From: Priapulus caudatus | Taxonomy: Eukaryota | Direction: 5' to 3' | DNA: 20,000 nucleotides | NCBI RefSeq assembly: GCF_000485595.1 | Contig: NW_014577075.1 | Location: forward strand, 281,862-301,861 | Part shown: positions 12,905 to 20,000 of the stretch, piece by piece | Layout of the letters: every line of letters begins with the position of its first letter | Numbering within the stretch: position 1 is the stretch's first letter | Position numbers and translations under genes: made by a program | Notes under the pieces: model-generated | Seen by the model: only the letters and a program-made list of their open reading frames with translations | Databases searched by the model: none | What the model was told of the DNA's origin: nothing

Positions 12905-13235
12905 AAGAGCGAGGGAGAGAGAGAGAGAGTCGACTACGAAGATAGAATTGAGGTAAAGTACGCGGGGAACAGTTCCTCGCACTTGTACATTGAAGTTTGT
13001 ACTTGGACAGCTCATTAGATCTGCTACTGCGTGCGAGCGCGAAGCGCACACTCGAGAACCAGCGTGCACGTCATCATATCCGCCCATCAAAGCCGATCAT
13101 TATATCCGCCCAGTTCCCGCCAAGGTCACAATTACGACGGCATATAGCCTGGCAAGAGCTTGACTTGACGCGAACAAGAAGGCCCGCGCAGCGGGTGCGT
13201 TTCAGCTGATTTCCGCTGTGTGTGTGTGTGTGTGT

Positions 13236-13272
<37 letters not shown>

Positions 13273-13354
13273 TGTGTGTGGTGTGTGTGTGTGTGTGTTT
13301 GGTGTGTGTGTGTGGTGTGTGTGGTGTGTGTGTGTGTGTTTGGTGTGTGTGTGT

Positions 13355-13396
<42 letters not shown>

Positions 13397-13487
13397 TGTG
13401 TGTGTGTAGCGTGTGTGGCGTGTGTGCGTGTGTGCGTGCGTGGCGTGGCGTGCGTGTGTAATGTGTGGTGTGCTGTTGTGTGTGTGT

Positions 13488-13530
<43 letters not shown>

Positions 13531-13552
13531 TGTGCTGTGTGTGGTGTGTGTG

Positions 13553-13587
<35 letters not shown>

Positions 13588-16500
13588 TTTGTGTGTGTGG
13601 GTGCGTGGGGGGTGTGTGCGGGTGCGTGTGCGATGTGTGTGTGCGTGCGTGCGTGCGCGAGTCTATTTGCATGAGTGTATCTGCGATGTATCTCGTGTGA
13701 GGTGGTCATAAATATCGCGCAAGGCGGCTGGCGCTCGATAAAAAGAAACCTGCAATGTTCTCGCCTATATGCTGTAAATTAAACTATACGTCGAAAAACC
13801 CGAGGAGCTCTCGGAGCTTAGCGGGGGTTAGGTTTCGTCTAGTTTATGCGCATCCTGTTTCAAGTTATTGCATAGTTGTCGTGGAAGATGTATGGCGCTG
13901 AATGTTTACCCAAGTAATGGTCACGCTGGCCGCACTTCGCTCGAACTGACCGTTGATGGCTATAGCATGTGAGTGTCGCTAGAAGTGACATTATAACACA
14001 TACAGTAGTTGTCGTCTGGTTCCGGTCCGCATGTAATTCACAACGCGTGCGCATGCGCACATTCTCGACATATGATACGCAGATGATAAGACCAGAAGTC
14101 ATCTAAACTGTATGTAGTAACCGTGAAGCTTTCGCAATAAACCGCAAATTTGTTATTCTGCCGGTGGCCCATATCCGGCAGATTACCATAACCCTGCGCG
14201 TAACCTCCGCTCCTGAGCGAGGGATGAATGTGTGTGTGGGGGGAGTGGGGGAGGAGACGCTGCAGCATCGATTCATGGACACCAGGTGCTTGTCCGCATG
14301 CAGCGGCGACTGCGCCCGAGAGTGTACGCAGCGGCTGCAATATAAGCGCATCCGTCGCTCCCTGCTCTCAGCACGACCGCTGGCCCACTGGGAGGATGTT
14401 TGTGGGGGTGGCGCGCAGCCGATGGTTGCACATACGGCTGCTGCTGCTATAGCGTCGTTATAGTAACGTTGCACATTTGTGAAAACATCGCGCGATTGTG
14501 CAGACTTTCGTGACAGGAAGAGAGCTCTTGGGTGCCCCAGCTCGGTTTACTCTCTTATAAGCTTGCATAAGAACAATTAGCCAGAAGAGGGGGGATGGGT
14601 TAAGGAACCGGACACGGGTTCGTTCGTAAGGCTGCGCGATGGTGCTGCCTCTAGCGAGACCACATCACCAGCGTTTGACATGCGACGCCGCCGCGGTGTA
14701 TACACGCATCATGCGTTTTATGTCGGCCATATTTATATTTATTTTATATATATATATATATTTATGTTTATATTTATAATCGCAGTTAGCTTACTCCAAT
14801 CTCTGATCGTATACAGCGATGCTGGACTTTATGGCTTCCGTTATTTCAGCGTCGGTGCCTCTCGATTTCAATAACAAACTATGATCCTGTCCTCTTTACT
14901 TTCCCGTCCCTACGAACATAATATCTATCATTTCGTATATCATTTCGAAAATGGCAGAATGTCATGTCCAGGACAGACAGCAAATGAATACCCGTGTGTG
15001 CGAATGGAGCATATTCACTCGTTGTATGCACCATTAGTTTGAAAATACTCCAAGCTCGTGGACTGAAAACTAACGAATAAATCTGTTCCCATCATCAGAT
15101 ACATGCAGTTCCAATCGTATGGCACTCGTCAGGCTAAGAAATGTGCGAAGGTTCGTTGTTAAATGACCTGTCGGCGCTGCAAGGCGGCTTATGTTTCGAC
15201 TGTACTCGTTTCGGGGCTGGTGCGAGCAACGGCCTCGACTACGGCTCGTCACATGTTGACCATCTGACATAACTTCGTCATAGTAGACTGCTTTATGCGC
15301 ACTGGTGCCTTTGGTCACCGCCTCTTCCCCGCAGTTCTCCCTATGAGATAAGAGCAGTATCATGGGCTCAGGGTTGGAACCCGTATAGTTAAGATAGGAT
15401 TTTACGCAATCTCACTACAGAGTTTAACATTAATAATTATTAATTTATCGTCCAACCCGAACGTCCACGTGATCGCTGTGGTGAGATTTTTGTGAATTCT
15501 GTAGATTTTTAGGAATCAAAACTTTATGTCGTCTTTCCACGCGACATCCTTAGAGAAGCAGAGGGACAGATGACTCAGCACTGCGCTGCGAATTTCCTGA
15601 TACATTGACAAGCGCATGAATATGTTCTTATACACATTTAGTGAGGGGTGTAGTACATGGCAGCATGTAAATATGCGTTTCAAACGTATGAATTTAACAT
15701 AAATATTCCTATTAATATTTTCCACAAATAGTATCTCATTTAAAAAACAAGTCATGTTAAAGTTATCTGTAATGTCACTTACACATAGCGACATCATGAT
15801 TTGAAAGCAATAGGTTTTGCTTCGTGCAATCTCCTTATATCATTCACTATTCAGCGCACAGACCGCGGTTCTATTTAGCTGAGTTCGTTTCGCTACATCC
15901 ATTCGTATTTATTCATAATCATGTATTACCTACCTATTTCAAAGTAATATTGACAGAATTGACGTATTCTGCTGCAAATTTTCCAGCAATCAAATACGAT
16001 TAGAGGAATAACTATCGTCCTAGGTTCTTCTAATTATTCTTCTAAATTATTACAACTTGCGACGCTTTACTATCTAGAATACATGAATATAGTTAGTAGA
16101 AACGAATGGAATGAATGAGCGAATCAGTACAACGTAAATGAGAGATCTCTCGTTCTTGCATGTACTCTCATTCATCTGCCATTCAAAAAATCTCTCATTC
16201 AAGTATTTTCATTAATCTGTCATTCAGATAATCTCTTATACAAGTATTGTCATTAATCTGTCATTCTGAGAATCTCTTATTCGTGTAATCCTGATCCTAT
16301 TGTATTTACATTGTATAGGATAGCGTCACCGAATGGGCATAATAGTATCCACTGTTCATTATTTGCGTACGTTATGTGCGCGTGTGCAAATAATGACCCG
16401 GAAAACACAAATCATGAATGGAATGTTGTAAATCATGCTTCAAATGTGGGTCAACGGGTTATTTTATACATACATACATATCAGATACATACTCCTGATA

Positions 16501-17277
16501 CATATATATATCATAATATATCATAATGTATTTGTGCGCGCGTATGTGAGTAGGTATGTGTCAGTGTGTGCATTCGTTCGCGCGTGCGTGGGTGAGTCGT
16601 GCTTGTGTGCGTGTGGTGTGTCCGCACGCGTGGAGGTTTGACATTTGCTATGCCAGTAGCAATCAGTATGATGTGATCTCTCCTTCTCTTGCTCTCGATC
16701 TCGCTCTTTCCCACTCTCTCTCACTTCCACACGCGTTCTCTCTTTCTTTCCTTCTGGAACTGTTCCCCGCGTACTTTACCTCAAAGGGGAGCGCGAGATG
16801 CTACATACAACACCCCGCGGTCGCGTGCGCCCAGTCCCGCGGAAGTGCGTGGCTTAACCGCTTTCGGCGGTCGGGGAACAACGCATCTTTTGCGCAACGC
16901 CATCTTGTACCCGGTCTCTCTGGCTAACTGTTTAACTATTATTACTAGGACTAGGAGTAGGACTTCGCTCCGCTAAAAGTATGGTGGTGAAGAGCCACAC
17001 GAGACTACGACTACGAGTACGAGTGTCAATTAATGTGTGTACACAGTACAATACATCAGCACACTTGCATCAGCAAGTCGCAGGAGTGACTACTTCGGAC
17101 AAAGGATAGTCTGGGACCCCGCAATATGTTTTTGTATAATTATGTGCTACACTAATCTGTGGTGATAAACTAGGCTTGGGCTGTCTACACTACCGAATCA
17201 TGCTTACTTCGTGGCCTTTCCTGTGTGTATAAATCTACTGTGATATCGCCAAGGGTTGTTTCAAGAATAACTGCCAT
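44..17277 (-). CDS. PPIL4: Peptidyl-prolyl cis-trans isomerase-like 4 (cyclophilin + RRM + RS/K-rich tail); spliced CDS of 13 exons, 583 aa
   Basis: Manual splice: join(17208-17277,6283-6350,5921-5985,5352-5469,4656-4798,4138-4234,3525-3641,2747-2871,2524-2590,2221-2332,1779-1863,884-1096,44-515), all phases compatible, 1752 nt. Translation has hallmark PPIL4 motifs: [90 protein letters not shown]. Confidence 0.95.
884..1096 (-). CDS. PPIL4: PPIL4 exon 12: [18 protein letters not shown]...GGTS (Arg/Gly/Ser-rich)
   Basis: gcgcag|C...TCGAG|gtatgt; 213 nt; lies within ORF 871..1128. Confidence 0.8.
1779..1863 (-). CDS. PPIL4: PPIL4 exon 11: [28 protein letters not shown](D)
   Basis: atgcag|GT...AAAGA|gtatcc; 85 nt; phases 1 and 2 fit both neighbours; purine-rich coding-like composition. 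Confidence 0.75.
2138..2153 (-). promoter_or_regulatory. CTCF-like motif in intron 10
   Basis: Minus strand CCAATAGATGGCGCTG resembles the CTCF core CCASYAGRKGGCRS. Motif match only. Confidence 0.35.
2221..2332 (-). CDS. PPIL4: PPIL4 exon 10: [37 protein letters not shown] (end of RRM)
   Basis: tttcag|CCA...AAAG|gcaaga; 112 nt; the 3' boundary is an inferred GC donor. Confidence 0.88.
2524..2590 (-). CDS. PPIL4: PPIL4 exon 9: (S)[22 protein letters not shown] (RNP1)
   Basis: ttacag|T...GAG|gtatgt; 67 nt. Confidence 0.93.
2747..2871 (-). CDS. PPIL4: PPIL4 exon 8: [41 protein letters not shown] (start of RRM)
   Basis: ctcaag|GTC...GGAAG|gtaatc; 125 nt. Confidence 0.94.
3060..3305. mobile_element. 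Non-autonomous DNA transposon (MITE), PIF/Harbinger (Tourist)-like, 246 bp, in intron 7
   Basis: About 50-bp imperfect TIRs: left tgcccgccgcacacgtgagttatttcactcaagtaaactgacgcataagtca, right end reverse-complement agcccggcgcacacgtgagttattttactcaagtaaaatgatgcatgagtca. Flanked by TAA (3057-3059) and TAA (3306-3308), the 3-bp TSD typical of PIF/Harbinger. No ORF. Confidence 0.8.
3108..3255. repeat. 52-bp tandem repeat (about 2.8 copies) inside the MITE
   Basis: Unit ccgccgcacacgtgagtaaaatgatgcatgcgtcaaattactcaacgaaaat starts at 3129, 3181 and 3233 (last partial). Confidence 0.95.
3348..3433. repeat. 22-bp minisatellite, about 3.9 perfect copies
   Basis: atacattacacaaactatatgt at 3348, 3370, 3392 and 3414 (last partial). 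Confidence 0.95.
3525..3641 (-). CDS. PPIL4: PPIL4 exon 7: [39 protein letters not shown]
   Basis: gtgcag|GCT...ATG|gtaaga; 117 nt. Confidence 0.93.
4138..4234 (-). CDS. PPIL4: PPIL4 exon 6: [32 protein letters not shown]
   Basis: ttgcag|G...GAG|gtacac; 97 nt; LDDPFDDP and PDRSP motifs typical of PPIL4. Confidence 0.93.
4656..4798 (-). CDS. PPIL4: PPIL4 exon 5: [47 protein letters not shown](R)
   Basis: ttgcag|TTT...ATCAG|gtgcgc; 143 nt; lies within ORF 4619..4804. Confidence 0.94.
5352..5469 (-). CDS. PPIL4: PPIL4 exon 4: (S)[39 protein letters not shown]
   Basis: ttacag|C...CAG|gtatgt; 118 nt. Confidence 0.93.
5921..5985 (-). CDS. PPIL4: PPIL4 exon 3: [21 protein letters not shown]
   Basis: tgtag|GAG...TTCAG|gtattc; 65 nt; cyclophilin signature motif. 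Confidence 0.93.
6283..6350 (-). CDS. PPIL4: PPIL4 exon 2: (T)[22 protein letters not shown]
   Basis: ttttag|CA...CAG|gttagt; 68 nt; cyclophilin domain. Confidence 0.93.
8654..8728 (-). pseudogene. PPIL4: Frameshifted second copy of PPIL4 exon 1 (pseudo-exon or sequencing-error copy)
   Basis: Keeps ATG, ACAACCCTTGGCGATATCAC (TTLGDIT) and the CGAA|gtaagc donor, but multiple indels give 75 nt (phase 0), out of frame with exon 2. Confidence 0.85.
9119..9246. repeat. Inverted repeat: 44-45 bp arms with a 39-bp spacer
   Basis: 9119-9163 versus reverse complement of 9203-9246: one mismatch and one 1-bp indel. Confidence 0.92.
10229..10790. repeat. Degenerate (CT)n microsatellite
   Basis: Direct inspection. 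Confidence 0.95.
11378..11914. repeat. Degenerate (CA)n/(CACG)n microsatellite
   Basis: Direct inspection. Confidence 0.95.
12216..12929. repeat. Degenerate (GA)n microsatellite, two tracts split by an AT-rich gap at about 12686-12768
   Basis: Direct inspection. Confidence 0.95.
13217..13658. repeat. Degenerate (GT)n microsatellite
   Basis: Direct inspection. Confidence 0.95.
16144..16282. repeat. 41-bp degenerate minisatellite, about 3.3 copies
   Basis: aatctctcattcaagtattttcattaatctgtcattcagat at 16189, a close variant at 16230, a partial copy at 16271 and a diverged copy from 16144. Confidence 0.8.
17208..17277 (-). CDS. PPIL4: PPIL4 exon 1 (intact copy): [23 protein letters not shown] + 1 nt
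   Basis: Minus strand reads aagATGGCAGTTATTCTTGAAACAACCCTTGGCGATATC...AGGCCACGAA|gtaagc; 70 nt, phase 1 fits exon 2. Confidence 0.92.
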
Positions 17278-18567
17278 CTTGGTCCTAACAGTGAGACACG
17301 TGCCGATACCTTTAGTTTACTTCACCAATTTACTGTGCAACGAAAAAACAGTATAATATTTTCGGTAGATTACGCTGTATATTACTTTAATAGTGTATGA
17401 CACAATAATAGTGTAGTCACAAATAATAGACAAGTCTCGCGCGCCTCCCCAGAAGACATGCGTAATAACGTATCTTCTAATACTAGGCTTCGAACAGGAT
17501 TTCTAAAATAAACCTAAATATTGTGGCGATAGATGGAGGCACCATGCCGTGCCGCTTTGCCTTAGCTTTTGCCTGTTAGTAAGTATGAGCCATAGAGTTG
17601 TATAAATATATAACTCTATATATAACTAATATATAACTCTATGGTATAAGCATTGGTATCAGCTTTATAGTATAAGCAAGAGCGTATTAAAAATTCGTAA
17701 TTACCTCCGCGCAAACGGAGGTCATGCAATGCGTCGCGTAGTTGATGTTCGTGTGTGGTGTGTAGCCACTAGTGTTCGCCGCGATCGATTCAGCAGCCAG
17801 CTCGGCCTTAGGCGTCGCAGTCAGCACAGCCAGCAGCGAGCCAGCTGTTATACAACATACATGTTACACGCTCCGCGAGGTATGCACTTTCCGTGAGTGC
17901 CCTCCGTCTAGTTCGCTATTGGTATACGTAATCTTTATTTTCATCGTACAGCAACGATAACACGATTTTTGAAAATAGCTCTTAAACTGTATATAAACCA
18001 AATGTATAATAACACAGTATATGGCAGTATGACATGACTTAGAAAATTTTTGCTTACATATCACATTTGAGACAGATAAAATGATTAAAACTGATGAAAT
18101 GATACAATTTATCATTTCATCAGTTTTAATCATTTAATCAGTTAGTTATTTTATAACATATCTTATTAAACATATATATATATATTTATTTATTTATGAA
18201 CTGAAAAAAACAGATAAAAATCTCGAAAGATTGGAGCTGCGAATTAGAACCTGAAAAAAATGAACAGTGGATTGTAAAATTTACGCATTGCACAGTCGCA
18301 TTTCTTTCCATCCCAAGAAATTATCAAATTTGTAAAGTGCTTGAAGTTCTGTGCATCCCGAATACAATTTGGCAGGTTATTTCATAAACTGGACCCGTAA
18401 TGGCCGAAACTTTTCTTTCCATATTTACCATTATTAAAATTTGGTGGCTCAACATTTTTTCTACGTAAATTGTGGCCCGTATCTTTCAAAGGTGGAATTA
18501 TATCATTTTCCATTTCATTTTCATTTTAATACGACAGACATTGTTTTATTACAATTTTACTGACTGA

Positions 18568-18780
18568 CTCTATCTCTCTCTCTCTCTCTCTCTCCTCTCT
18601 CTCCTCTCCTCTCGTTTCTCTCTCTCTCTCATCCTCTACCTCTCTCTCGTCTTCTCTCTCGTCTCTTCTCCGTCTCACTCAATCAGTCTCTCCTCTCTCT
18701 CTCTCTTCTCTCTCTCTCTCTCGGCTCCTCTCTCCTCTCTCATCGTCTCTCTCTACTCTCTCTCCTCTCTTTCTCTCTCT

Positions 18781-18825
<45 letters not shown>

Positions 18826-18869
18826 CCCCCCTCACTCTCTATCTCTCTCTCTTCTCTCATCTCCCCCCT

Positions 18870-18905
<36 letters not shown>

Positions 18906-19074
18906 CTTCTCTTTCTCTCATCTCTCTCCTCCTCTCTCTCTTCTCTCTCTTCTCTCTCTCTCTGTGTCTTTCTTTCTCTCTCTCTCCTCTCCCCTCTCTC
19001 TCTCTCTCTCTCTCTCCCCCCCCTCTCTCTCTCTCTCTCTCTTCTCTCTCTCCTCTCTTTCTCTCTCTTTCTCC
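18568..19074. repeat. Degenerate (CT)n microsatellite (copy B)
   Basis: Direct inspection; same flanks as 10229..10790. Confidence 0.95.
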
Positions 19075-19623
19075 ACTAAAAAAAGCTTGTTGAAATGATG
19101 TATACGCAACTGCGTATCTGCGTTACGGTAGCTACGTCCCTGCAAGTTGTAATGCTCTAAAATTCCATTTTTTCCAGTTTATTGTTATTGGCTTCACTAC
19201 CAGAAATTTTAAATTATAGAACAAATAAAATTGTGAAACAAAAACCGATTGATGAGATGACTTTTCGATTCCATCGCCTACGGCCTAACGTACTACTAGC
19301 AGCCCGTTCCAAGTACTTTCTTGTCGTAAATATGAGAACAATGAATGCATATATTAAAAAGCCAACATGGAGATGTTGTAAGCACGCATTGTTTTAATAA
19401 TTTCATGATTTCTCACCAAACATCTTTAGCTCCACCCATTTCATATATCGTTTAGTTTCCATCTAAAAATCTAAGCCTCCATCTGCTTTCTAATTATGAA
19501 TTCTCGGTCGCCGATTTGTAAGATGCCATAATCAAGTATAGGTCAGCACACACGTGGCTCTACGTATATTCATTATCTATATTAGCCAATGATGTTAAGA
19601 TACAATAAATATCAGTATCAAAT

Positions 19624-20000
19624 ACACGCGCGCACAACACCACCGCGCGCGCGCGCGCACAACACACACACACAACACACACACACACACCCACAACACA
19701 CCCCCACAAACACCCACCGCGCACGCACCGCGCACGCACGCACGCGAACGCACGCAATGCATGCACACGCACGCACGGGGCGACGCACGCACACACATCA
19801 CCACACACACACACACACACACACCACACACACACACCACGCACCATCACTGCAGGCACGCACGCACGCACGCACGCAACACACACACACACAAACACAC
19901 ACACAAACACACACCACACACAAACAACTACACACACAACACACACACCACACACACACCACACACCCACACACATGCAGGCACGCACGCAACGCACACA
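19624..20000. repeat. Degenerate (CA)n/(CACG)n microsatellite (copy B)
   Basis: Direct inspection; same left flank as 11378. Confidence 0.95.

Larger units (their letters stand above)
16793..20000 (+). repeat. Long direct duplication, copy B (truncated by window end); contains intact PPIL4 exon 1 and its upstream region
   Basis: Same anchors as copy A. Confidence 0.95.

Noticed and set aside
10258..13711. Many long ORFs (poly-LS, -ER, -CV, -HT)
   Set aside because: Stop-free translations of dinucleotide microsatellites.
13700..16100. Short ORFs and a possible tRNA/SINE B-box near 14617
   Set aside because: No recognisable protein motif, cloverleaf, A-box pairing or TSD. Left unannotated.
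16760..16771. ctgttccccgcg resembles the start of a type I-E CRISPR repeat
   Set aside because: Short match, only two dispersed inverted occurrences, no repeat-spacer periodicity.
19182..19397. 71-aa plus-strand ORF as an exon of a divergent gene
   Set aside because: No recognisable homology, and the frame is not kept in copy A.

Overview
Eukaryotic (metazoan, probably invertebrate) genomic DNA. I see no prokaryote-type system here. The main content is a complete 13-exon PPIL4 gene (cyclophilin-RRM with an Arg/Ser/Lys-rich tail) on the minus strand, reconstructed by hand to 1752 nt / 583 aa. Exons 2-13 sit in 44..6350 with short introns, and intron 10 needs a GC-AG donor. The intact exon 1 ([23 protein letters not shown]) is far upstream at 17208..17277 and is absent from the ORF track. 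It lies inside a block of at least 3.2 kb that occurs twice in direct orientation (8125..11777 and 16793..20000, the second running off the window). The first copy carries a frameshifted exon 1 (8654..8728). The copies differ mostly by small indels, which suggests a noisy long-read false duplication, although a real decayed duplication cannot be excluded. They also differ by a 39-bp inversion with a fold-back arm, a 96-bp insertion and a local tandem duplication. Intron 7 holds a 246-bp PIF/Harbinger-like MITE with an internal 52-bp tandem repeat derived from its own TIR. The rest is long degenerate (CT)n, (CA)n, (GA)n and (GT)n microsatellites, minisatellites and sequence I cannot interpret. 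Most ORF-track entries beyond 6.4 kb are spurious.
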